DNA from: Botryllus schlosseri
Taxonomy: Eukaryota
Length of the DNA stretch: 64,000 nt
Direction: 5' to 3'
NCBI GenBank assembly: GCA_051294905.1
Contig: CM119372.1
Coordinates: 19,408,001 to 19,472,000, forward strand
The position numbers and the translations under genes are program-made. Below, in pieces: positions 39,658-51,612 of the stretch. A model generated the notes under the pieces. The model saw only the letters and a list, made by a program, of their open reading frames with translations. It searched no databases and was not told the origin of the DNA. Positions within the stretch are counted from its first letter, which is position 1, and each line of letters begins with the position of its first letter.

Positions 39658-42038
39658 CAGAGGTCACCTCACTTTTTGCAACCAAGAGCTACTTCTTGGG
39701 TACTGATTGAAGCGACGGGCTACCATTTACTCCCACCGTTTACCCGTACCACACTGAATTTCCACTTTAATATTCATAGCACTGGGTAGGAATCACATTG
39801 CAGTAAGACTTCTAAGACACTCTTGTAAAATCAAAACATCTCATTTCAACTAGCTAGCCACTAATATTTTTTAGGAAATAATGAATTAGTTCGCACCATG
39901 TTTGTATACAGGGCCAAAACAGCACTTCGTCACCCCCCCCCCAAAAAAAACGTTCGTGATATGGGCCCCCATAGGATCATAAACCACCTTGCCGGCGTTT
40001 TACTACTGCCAGTAAGGCACGTTTTAATGTCATATGGGGCATGTGGATAATTGTATGTAGTCGCGGAAAGCGCGGAAAATTTTCATATTCAGGATGGAAT
40101 TTTGTCTATAATATTGGTAATTGCATAGAATGCAATTAATTTTTCATCCTCTCTCATACCACGCGATAACATTTACTGGCAGAGCTGAAAGAATTGGTGA
40201 CTTCAGATAGCAACAGGAGGACTATTCCGTGCCTATGGGCAACAGACAATTGGCAATTTATGGTTTCGGTCGACATGCGGCGTTCATTTTCGCCCAGGGT
40301 TTTATTTGGTAACACTCGTCGTGAAGTCGCATGTTGGCGGAAACTTCATAAGTCTTAGTATTGGTCTCAGTAATGACTGTCGCTGAAATGCCAATTTCTT
40401 TTTTTTTTATAAAATGTGTACTTTTTCTCGGGCCGTTGAGGGTACTCATATTAAAAAAAGTGAACAGTTAAGTACAGTAAATCGCGGGAAGGAAGTTTGA
40501 AGTTGTAGGAAATCTCCTACAAAATTTATAATTTATGATTATTTGCGAAATAATTTTGGGCCCCTTCGAGCTCGCCCCCTAACCAGTGGCGATTTGGCGT
40601 GCGGCAGTTACGGCTCTGTTTTTATAAATTATGCAACAACAGCCAACCAAAATTTTTAAATAAATCATGTCACACTTTGGACTGGACATCATGTTATCTG
40701 TTTATATATCAGTCAGTGGTGGTAAGCCTGGCATTGCATGCTATCAACTAGTGCGCTGTACTCTGGTATGTCCTGGCACTGCAACTCTGAGTGAGTCTCC
40801 CAGATGTGCATCAGTGAGGCGTGTTCGGTGCGTGATTTTGATGACGTTCATGTCCGAAAAGGCTGATTCACAACGATAAGTTGAACCAACCATGCGTGCA
40901 GCCTCACAACTGCTGCGCAGTGCGCATACGCTACTGTACTTTTCCGTGTCAACAAGGCACCAAAAATTTGGTGCAGCCTGGTGGGCTTCGCGGTGGAGGT
41001 CATTTTGCAGACTCCAACTGTTCAGCAAAAAGGCTCGATATATTTCATTATACCGGACAGCAGGAACGATTAGCCTACATAAAGTTTGAAACATGGTACT
41101 AAGCTGCGTTGAGTGTAAGAGAATAGCCGACAATACCTACCTACGTAATTGGCATACAAATATTGAAAATCTGCTATTGCTTCACGGCTGTATGCTACCG
41201 AACAGTAATGTTGTTTACTCATTTGCCTTTGTCCTGGACGTCGATGAGCTACCATAACGGCCCCCCAGCGCCATTTCAAGAAGACCGTGGATGGCATTCC
41301 GTCATGTCGCCTGCATAGGCAGCGCGCCTGATCCTCGGTCTTCGATATCCTGTGATTCGATTACATATTGGTATAACACTAAATGTAATTGCGAGGATAT
41401 TTGATATCATCATTCAAGTGTTTATATATATGTATTGTCATTTGTAAGCTACATGTTATTGTGGTTGAAACAAGAATAGCTAAATCAATTAATCTCTATA
41501 TATTATAGGGTTACCATATTTTGGAAATCTGAAATAAGGACACTTTTTCAAAATTTTCAAACTTTCAAAACCGGAGAAAAACCTTGAAAAAATAGTAAAT
41601 TTTTCACCCTTCGTAATCAGTTGGCTAAAAACAAGGTGAACTTACTCGCTCAGCACCCAAAATATGGCTTTTTCCTTCACATTATCAGGTGGTCGATTAA
41701 AAAAAAGGCCAACTTTCCGGCTCAGCTCCCGAAATACCCGCCGGAGCGTTATTTCGGTGCTGATTTACGTACGGCATCTCAGTCGAATTTGGTAGTAAAT
41801 TTGACCAATATTCTAAAAATAGAGGACATTTGGGCGTCCTCCGAGGACACTTTCAAAAAAGTAAAAAAAGAGGACAAATCCTCTGAAAAGAGGACGTATG
41901 GTAGGCCTAACCCTAATATATATAAAAGATCACAGGTAAGTGCTGCTATTCGATATATTTTTAGAACAGACTCGCGGGCTACCAATCTGGTCCTCGCGGG
42001 CTACCTGGGGCCCGCGGGCATCAAGTTGGTGACCCCTG
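39658..42038 (-). mobile_element. Second copy of the same hAT deletion derivative, with insertions
   Basis: Termini cagaggtcacc/ggtgacccctg; ORF 40744-41133 GSTYRCESAFSDMN; nested MITE at 41506-41915. Confidence 0.8.
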
Positions 42039-43695
42039 ATCTAGAATATGGCTGTGGATTGTGGCAGGAGACCCTGAGGGGTCATCGGACTCCTTGAATG
42101 GGGTGGAAGGACACAGTGGTGCTTCGACTGCTGCCTTAGTAGAAAATATATGTGAGGCTGGGGCATCCCAGCTCCTAGGGCTTGATTACTCCTTGAAATA
42201 TGAAGCGTACAAGGGTCCGTACAAGATATGCTTGGCGTAAGATGTAACAAGATGTGAAGGCGGCGCCGTGCGCAAAATCGGCAAAAATAGCAAAATAACA
42301 TCCATGCTCTTCCTAAATGCATGGCGGATAGCCGTCAGTGGGCCGGGGAATGCCGCTGACAACCCGATCGGTTGAATACTGTTGCGGAATACCCAAGCGG
42401 GCGACGTCTCCATGAGAAAGAAGATGAGGCAAGTCATGCTTAAACTGTGGGCTCAGTAGCACATATACCATGTCAGAAATGGTTTCTCAGCCTCGTCGGA
42501 GGATGGGTTGGTCTCTGCTGGCAACTGAATGAGGACTAAAGGAAAATATGAGAGGAGAACCAAGCGGGGCCCAGCCTGGAAGATGCATTAAGGCGTCATC
42601 TTGTCGGCTCGGCAGGCATTAGATGGTATCGGAGTGTGTGTGCGGCCGGATGCCTATTGGGCCACCTACGATCTTATCAAACTTGTCAAGCCCTGGCTAG
42701 AAACCAATATGGCCCACAGGGGTCTGGACTTGCGTTATGACTATGCCCAGCCACCCCACTCGAGGGGGTTCGACGACCACTAAGGGTCTCCTTCCACAGC
42801 CATATTCTAGATCAGGGGTCACCGATGCGATGCCCACGGGCCCCAGCTAGCCCATAAAGGACGAGATGAATCGCCCCCGGGCCTGTTCTAAAAATAGGTG
42901 GAGAAACAGCTCTTACCAGTGAGATTTTACATAATGAGATTGATTTATTTAGCTGTTCTTGTGTAAATCACACTAACATGTAACATAGTTGCTCCCGCCA
43001 TTTACCCGCTTCAAAATGTTAGTGAGTTTTGGCTGTAACTTGTTTTTGTGTTCACAAAGAGAAAACTTTCTTCTTAGGACTTATATAAACATGATGTTAC
43101 TGCAGCTTTTGAGCTATATATCATGACTATATATATCATGACCAGTGGTTGTCGAGATGGGCAATTTAACCCCCTCCCACTCAGAAATTGGGGGGTTGCC
43201 GGCTAGAATGAGGGCAGTCTCCTAGAACCGATTTTCATCGAAGTTTTAAGTCATTTGTCGGGATTTAAGAACCCCCTTTTTTCGATTTGAAAAAAAAGGT
43301 AATTTTCACTCCACCCTAACGCAACACCCGTCGTCACGAATGCTTGCTTATGAGGGAATTACTGCTCAGTAATCTGAAGGCAACACAATTGCTAATTCTA
43401 TAGCTGACGATCCGAGCGCTCAAATTGAACAAAGTTGGTCTTATTTGAAAGCTACTGTCACATTGATTCCGAAAATATACGTTAAAATCTCATCAGGGCA
43501 CTATAAACCCATCGAAATACAGCTCAAAGTCTGAAAATCGGCATCTGAATCGAATATCAATATTAATAATTTGAGTCGAGTAGTAAAAGGCAATTTTTTC
43601 AAGTACTGAAATTACACGCTTCTCACCACTGAAAGTTAATTTATCAACAAGAGGTATAGTTTTGATACCAATTTTCACTGTTGAAACCTTGACAC

Positions 43696-43928
43696 CAATG
43701 TTCCCTCTAATTTTTGACGAGTCTGCGCGCACTCATCAACTCACTGCCTGGTCCCTTGGACAACAGTGCGTAATTACTAAAAAAGGTCATGATTTCGGAT
43801 TTTTTGTGCGCAGCTTCGATTTTCTGTGCGCAGCTTCGATTTTCTGTGCGCAGCTTCGATTTTCTGTGCGCAGAGACCGTGTGAGCACTGCGCAATTGCG
43901 CACGTGCGCAGCCTACAGGGAACAGTGC
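43696..43928. mobile_element. Small MITE with 20-bp internal tandem repeats
   Basis: Ends caatgttccct/agggaacagtg; (gcgcagcttcgattttctgt) three times. Inverted relative at about 28047-28235 flanked by ggtgtcac. Confidence 0.65.
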
Positions 43929-46900
43929 TTGAGATCTTTATTGGCGGTATCCTAGCATACGAAACATATGGTACAAAGTTACGAAGGTTAGTGGACGTAG
44001 CACATTTCAGAAATCATGATTATAGCACAACATTGTCACCGAGTGCAATGAAATCGGTATATCCGGAAAAATACCAAATTATCCGTTATGTGATGGATAA
44101 CTCATAACTGGTATTATGTTCTTTATGGTGGCATATAAACGGTACATATTTGAACTTTGACGTATTTCATTCTGTTATGACGTCACAATGAGTGATACTT
44201 GATTACTCGACTCGAAGCATATTTCGTGATTCAGAATCGCATCACTCAGGTACTCGATTTTGCCCAGCCCTACCGACGATAGCCTACAGATATTAGTGAC
44301 TTAATCGCTTTAGCAGTCTTGTTCAGGCTTCTATATGACGCAAAATGATATAAAAACATGTGATATGTTCTTGATCTTGATTGAACAATAACTCATAATA
44401 CGACGAGGTCGCAATATGAAATCAGTATATTATCAGCAGAACTACTTGAGACAAAAAACACGACCCATACTGCAGTTAAACGAAAGACCAGTAGACAACA
44501 GAGCACAGGGTATAAATACGAAGCAAGGCACACGAGGAAATAATGATTGGCGGTAATTACTAATCCTAGACAAATAAGAGACAAACGATACCAGCGTACA
44601 ATGCACGAACATAACAACATGGATACATCTTGCTGGCGTTTTAAACCTATATAGTTTGTACATTACATAACTGAGTTGTGTTCAGTGGAGAACCGTCTGG
44701 AGCAGACCTGGGCAAAGTGTGGCCCGCGGGCTAAATGCGACTCGCGAAGTTATTCTATGCGGCCCGTGAGAGGATGCTTGGAATTCAAAACATAAAACCT
44801 GATTTTTGAATGTTGATGCGTGGACTAAAACCATAGGCTGTATCGACTGGACAGAATATTCGTTTACTTTGAAGCCTGTTAATTAATACGCCACGATTAC
44901 GCTGCCTATACGTACCTCGCATGCGTAATCCAGATTCAAAATAAAGTCAATGTAGCAAACCATGACTAAGAGAGAGAGAGCGAGTCTTTATTTTCATCAA
45001 ACCAAAATACATAACACACGGCAGTGGTGGTGGTACAGAAAATATGCATGCACAGTATTCGGTATTAGATAGGAATGATCGATAAGACCGTGAAGGTCAT
45101 CTAGTCTGATCACACCAGCATCAAACTGGTACACTTGACTCTAAACAGTCTGGCTGTATAGCAATTAATGTCACAAGAAATCACTCTTTCCATGTAGTTT
45201 GTTCAAACCTTCTTTGTTGCCACTGTCACATTACCAGTGGTGGCCCTGCGATTGGGGGGGCCCTGGGCGAGACTTCCGGGGGGGGGGGCTATAAGTATGC
45301 AATCGCAGCTTCTTGGGGGCTTCGCCCCTCAGACCCCCCTTTTGTCTATCAACTTAGCAGGCATGCAGAGAGTTCGTGCTTGTCGTGATATGGGACATAT
45401 ATATCAAATGCGGAGATTTGATGATTGATTCTTCTGAACGCAATCATCATCTTCTTGATTGGTACAAGGATTTCCACGTCTATTCGCTACAAACCTCGAA
45501 AAAAGCGCCAAAACCAAAGAGGAGGGTCCCTTCGACCAGGGGGGGCGGGTGACCGCCCACTTCGCCCACCCCAAAAGCCACCACTGCACATTACACATTA
45601 TACGGTCTGTATTTCAAATTGTTACGTGATTCGTTTCCAACACCCTATAATAATTCGGAAAGCAAAAAAGTGTCAAAAAAGGAAACCGAAAGCTGCAATT
45701 TAAAGAAGGTTTAGAACAGGGGTGGGCAACCTCTTTGCTATTCACGGCCGCATTTCGATTACTTATGTAGCCTACGGCCGCATTCCTGTGCATAAGACGT
45801 AATCAACTAACTGGGCGTCAAATGCCCATGTTATACCGTCCATGTCCATTTCAGTTGAATTCCAGACTTATCTAATTTCTCATATCGGCTTATCTACCCA
45901 CACAGAAATCGCGAGTGGCCATGTTTTGAATAATCACCGTGAAAGTGATGGTCGCGCGAAGCCCGAAAATTTTTTCAGATTCACAATTAAATTTCGTCAT
46001 CATTATTAGTATCCTCACATATTGCAATCAAATAGCCTATTTATCCTTTATCAGCCCCTGTGATCAGATCCACTGGTGGAGTTGATAGAGGTAGTCTTTT
46101 CCGAAATTTAGGGTAGTTGGTATTGGTCACTTTGTTGCATGCTATTATTTCCTGACCTTCCGTCAGTATTCTCGGTATGCTTAGTGGAAATATATTGGAA
46201 TCGCCTGAACCAGTGGTTGCCAGCCTTGTTGGGTGTCGGGACCACATTTCAAACTTCTGAGTACGAATGGAGCCGCATGCAAACACTCAAGTAGGCTACT
46301 TATAACAAAAATTTAAAGGTAGCTACCCTACCTCTGTCCTCACTATCCAGCTAATTCAAAAGTATGCACATATTGCACATCGACTTCTATAGATTCTATA
46401 TCGGTTATTATAGCATTGATACAAGCAAATTAGCGAGCACTATAATGCCGTGATGTAATAGCTTTTCATACATTCCTGCACTTTATGCACAAGTTTGCGG
46501 GGAATTATACGCTGAGCAATGTTGAATTTGTTGCAATTTATACTTGTCTATGAGCCTTTACTTTGATTGTGACGAAATTTACTCCTCACAGAGACGTTAT
46601 ATAAAGGTCTATGACCAGCAGAACTCAAGATACATCGTTGTCTGACGGGTATTCATCCATGCGTTTGACGCCAGTCTGCAAGAATTCTCTTTCCCAATTT
46701 TCAGAAGCGGCCTTGGACGGCTTTAGACATAACTAATATTCCCCATTTTAGCATTCATATACAGAAATTGCCTACAGCTATTCATAGAAACAAGCAACAA
46801 TTGTCCTCTATTATATTTTTGTGGCATATTTAGAGGTCAATCAGAGCCGCAATATGTGGCTCTGAGAGCGGCGGTTGGGAATCACTGGCCTAAACGTATC

Positions 46901-47022
46901 AGAAACAAATTTCTTTCGTGAGAAGCACACTATACCAAGTTGGTATTTCTATATGGGGCGCATCGTTTTTGTCTGCTGTTCACGTCTGTATACTGTGGGG
47001 CTCAGCTTGCAAAGGGCATTAC

Positions 47023-48013
47023 TAGGGATGGTGTGAACGTGAGGTTCACGTTCGCGTTCTGTGTGTGAACTTCGGAAATTTAGAGGTTCGCGTTCACAAC
47101 AGAACCTTGGTAGGTTCTGCACTGTGAACCTTTTTCATATATTGCAATTTTCACTTCATTATAACATCATTAATTCAAATCTATTGCATTTCAACTGCGG
47201 GCCACTCCATGCATGGCGCTGGCAGCATTCAAAATCAACACTAAACGAGCATGCACCTTGACAATCTCATATGTTTTACTTGCTTTGTTACAAAAGTTTG
47301 CGCGAATTATCCAGTTTTCCGTTTGTGAATATTTAGTGACTCTCTGCTGTGAGCTTGACCCGCAATCACACAACATCACGAGCGAAATACGTAGTCAGCG
47401 AAGGATACTTATTCAACCAATCAATAAGATTGATATCGTTTTCTGACGTAAAAATTCGAGAAGGCGTATGGGGTCACTTTGGACTTCATATCTTTACTGC
47501 ATCATTAAAACCAAATCTGTGCGATTGAGGAGTTGGCTACTGTTGTATAACTTCTTAATGAGGTAATATTGGTAGCAAATATAGAAACCCATTTTACACT
47601 CTGATCAATATCAATGTAGCAATACTCAGACACCGAATACATTGTCCGGTCTGGCCTAGACCGATAAGGGATAAGCGTATATTCCCTGGTAAGTCCTCTT
47701 CAAAATTGTTGGCAAAGCGACGAAAGATATTGATTTTATGGTAGTATTATATCCTTTGATTGCCTCAGTTGATACATATAGCGACGTTTAAAACGCCAAT
47801 ATGTACTTCAGAATTGTTGCATTATGTGGCCCAAGTCGTCGCTAGGTATTGTGTACATTAATATAGGCTATAACTTCATTGAAAGATAGGGTTGGAATCA
47901 GCAATATGACGTCACGTGACGTCATGAGGTTCACGTTCGTGTTCACACAGAACCTTTTAAAAAGGTTCGCGTTCACACGAACCTGAACCTTTCAGGGGTT
48001 CACACCATCCCTA
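47023..48013. mobile_element. hAT non-autonomous element, GTGAAC-motif family
   Basis: TIR tagggatggtgtgaac/gttcacaccatcccta, perfect TSD ggcattac. Confidence 0.9.
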
Positions 48014-48262
48014 GGCATTACTATAAAGTATAGCATTGAATCGCGCGCAGCGCGACGCAAATTTCAAGATTATTTAAAATTCAATTAATCAAAATTTCAA
48101 TTTGCCCGTTGACGGCGCCAATACATACTATTAGACACTTACGTGACCTTTGACACGGACGAATCAGATTGCAGTGCGATGTAAACAAACAGCGATGTAG
48201 GGCAAGCTTACAATATGTGCCACGGCCGCACAAATTTCCTTCTACGGCCGCAGGTTGCCCAC

Positions 48263-48877
48263 TAGGGCTGTTCAAAAATAACTTTTTTTTCCCGATTCAA
48301 GCCGGTCACCTCTTAAATCGTCAGGTTGCAGTAGAAAACCTTGCTCACCAAATTTCACTCGATTCCAACCAGTAAAGGCCTCCGCAGATCCAATTAAAAA
48401 ATTTAATTTATTATGGAAAATTAAAAAAAAAAATTCCAAATTTTTCTGCCAACCCCATGAAATTGTTGAGATGTCTTCAAAGACGTTGCAAAATAAATTT
48501 GAGTCAATTCCGACCAGTAGAAGCGGAGTTATTGGAGTTTTTCGTTGAAATTTCTCGGATTATCCTTGATTGGTGGATAATCCGCGATTTATCAACGAAA
48601 AACTCTCATAACTCCGCTTCTACTGGTCGGAATTGACTCAAATTTGTTTTGCAACGTCTTTGAAGACAGCTCAACAATTTCATGGGGTTGGCAGGAAAAT
48701 TGGGAAATTTTTTTTTTAATTTTCCATAATAAATTAAAAATTTTAATTGGATCTGCGGAGTCCTATACTTGTTAGAATCGAACCAAATTTGGTGTGCAGC
48801 GTTTTTTAGGGTAACCTGACAATTTAGTCAGTGAATGGCTGGAATCCGAAGAAAAAAGTTATTTTTGAACAGCCCTA
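48263..48877. mobile_element. Fold-back (fully palindromic) MITE
   Basis: tagggctgttcaaaaataac...gttatttttgaacagcccta; arms of about 300 bp around a centre near 48570; perfect TSD ttgcccac. Confidence 0.9.
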
Positions 48878-49571
48878 TTGCCCACCCCTGGTTTAGAGGA
48901 TCAATATTTGTATACTGGAGTTAGAGGTAAACCTTTTAGTTTGTGCTGAGCATGTCGCCGAGATTTAGGATATAAATAAAGGTAGGTCTTATGACAAAAA
49001 TACGAAGACAGACAATCGGTCAAAGTCGAATTTCAGAAAAACTGCAGGCTTCACCCATCATCATGGCTATTTAAGCTGCACACTGCTCGAACGGCAGCGA
49101 CTAAGACAATAAATTTTGTAGTGCGGTGATTCTCGAACCGGGGGCGTGAAAGCATCTGAAGAGGTCGCGAAACCTAAGTTGAATAATAAAAAAAATTCGC
49201 CCTTAGCGCGATTTACCCCCCCCCCCCCCAGCTCATAGTTATTGCGCCGTGCATTGTCCGACTTTGATATTTTAGAATTCTCTCATCGACAGCCATCACC
49301 TTCCATGCCATCACACTATCCGTTGGGATTGGTAGCATTCTGGTTGTTCAACATTGTTTCACATCCTGACGGAAAATAGATATTTTTTAATCAACCGTCG
49401 GTTTCTCATTACCTAACATCAACGCATTCACTGAGCAGCATTTATTAACAATGTAATTCAGAATTAAAATAGAAATACGCTGCAGAATATAGCTAAAATT
49501 TTCTGTTGGTCCGCGAACGTATTTCTACTTCTCATTTGGCCCGCGGAGAAAAATAATTGCCCACCCCTGCT

Positions 49572-49900
49572 TAAGATGTTCTACAATAGTCTGCCATCAT
49601 ACGTTCGTTCCATCTGTCCTGATGCCATTCTTTTGTTGTTTCGGTGTCCTGGTGGAACCTTTCGACTTGACATTCTCTCTCTAATATTCTCGGAAAAGAA
49701 ATATATCAAGACGTCTCAACAGGACGTGAACTTCAAAGAACATATTTGCTCGAGTTTTCCATATAAAAACAATCAATATTTGTGATATCCCAAGAAGCTT
49801 TTATACTGGGTCCTTGATGGAATTTCATGTCATCAGCTCGTTTATGTTCACGTGAAATTGATATTTTCCATCCGGTTCATCATAGATACCAGCATAAGCT
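49572..49900 (-). pseudogene. Chapaev3-like (CMC) transposase C-terminal relic
   Basis: Minus-strand translation ERFHQDTETTKEWHQDRWNERMMADYC, preceded by NMFFEVHVLLRRLD and AGIYD-like pieces in shifted frames. Resembles the GERFHQDI...MLADYCW motif as I recall it. Confidence 0.5.
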
Positions 49901-49969
49901 TCTACATTAGAGTAGGGTTGCCATACGTCCGGAATTTCCCGGACATGTTCGGAATTTCACTGTTCAAAC

Positions 49970-51324
49970 CAGTGTTGGGATGACTCGAGTCAACTTTTTC
50001 GAATGACTTGACTTGACTCGAGTCACTTTGCAAAAATGACTTGACTTGACTTGACTCGGCGCTTCAAAAATGTGGATTGACTCGTGACTCGGAGCAAAAT
50101 TTACGAGTCAATTTCAAGTCATCAAGTAAACGGTGTCGACTAAATCAATGTATTTTGTGCATGTTCATTTTATTCACGATATGCCATTGTAACTTGTAAG
50201 AGCAACCAGTCATTCACTGATTGTACGTTTCGCTGATCCTGCATTGTTACATCACACATACACTGACCGCATACGAAATGATCACAGCTTGCCTTGTCGT
50301 AATAGCAGATTAATTTAATAGCAACGTATCGCTCGCTGTTTATTGGACGGCTCTGTCCTTACATTGCACGGCGCTCACCTTTACCAACCCTCTTGTATGA
50401 TTAAATCTAACAAATATATTTTATGTATTTATATCCTCAACGATGTGTATAGATGGCTAGTGTATTGTACGATATCAATTTCTTTCATCTTCTCGAGTCC
50501 TCGTATTCGATCCTCTATTTTTGCTGATAATAACAGAATGTATAGCATGTCGCTCAGAGTTGTCAAACTCAACTGACGTCGCGGGTCGAATTCAAATATA
50601 CAGATCACTCGCGGGCCGCACCAGTCAAATGATTCCTAAATATTACTAACCCTAAACTCAGTAGTCAGTATATGCACTTTTTCGCATTCTCGGAATGGGT
50701 GTCCAGGTCAGCGATTTTCTCCTGACGATAACTACAATCACAACTCCGCTGTCGGGTTGTTATAATGTGGCCTATGAACATACTCGAAATTTGCTCTCTT
50801 GAAGGAATATTTATTAGTGGTATTTCTTACTGCAAATTCGAGAAATGTGTTGGATAAAATCACGCAATTTTCACCATATACTCAGAATTTCTTCGCGGTC
50901 CCAATGAAATCTTTTGGCGGGTCGTACGTTTGACAGCCCTGATGTAGCTATACAGTTACTTACGTATTTTATTAGCAGTTCTACGTGTGCGTGAGCGATA
51001 CAACGCATTTTTTCATGTATATTTAACTTTATATTCGTTATTGGATTCAAGATAAATGACCAATTGATCTCTTTAACATAGCCAGTAAAATATAATGAAT
51101 TTGAATGATCACTCATACTTCGAAAACTCAATTTGACTTGAATTGTGACTTGACTCGTGACTTGACTTGACTTGACTTGACTCGAGTCACCTCCAAAAAA
51201 ATGAGTGACTTGACTTGACTCGAGTCACCTTTGAAAATCGATTGACTTGACTTGACTCGAGTCAAAATGTGCAATGACTCGAGATGACTCGTGACTCGAA
51301 GGTAGTGACTTGATCCCAACACTG
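49970..51324 (-). mobile_element. hAT non-autonomous element, GACTC family (copy 2, inverted)
   Basis: Same TIR and internal sequence as 7776-9115 in reverse; perfect TSD gttcaaac. Confidence 0.9.
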
Positions 51325-51612
51325 GTTCAAACTGCGTCCGGGAGGAATTTCTAAAATATGCCTAAATGTCCGGAATTGTGATGGTTTGAAATGGGATCAA
51401 AAGTTTTCGTAAATCAACAGAAGCGATGTTATTTTTGGGCAGATTGATGCCACTTCAAATTTCTCTTTGCGCAGCGCGCGATTTAGAGTCACATTCATTG
51501 ATTTTGAACCACCACCCTCGCAAAACAAACAATCAAATATTTCAAAAATAACCATCATTTACTGAAATGAGTATAATTGTAATCGCAATTATAGGAGAAC
51601 GGTATATTACTG

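Larger units (their letters stand above)
45717..48890. mobile_element. Buster-type hAT element hosting two nested MITEs
   Basis: TIR caggggtgggcaacc; the right TIR is split by the fold-back at 48263-48877; TSD gtttagaa/gtttagag. Confidence 0.75.

Noticed and set aside
41621..42097. 158-aa ORF
   Set aside because: Reads across a MITE, a hAT end and flank; chance open frame.
44393..44663. Hydrophobic minus-strand ORFs as possible upstream exons
   Set aside because: No splice-compatible link or recognisable motif, and the membrane gene already has a complete N-terminus.
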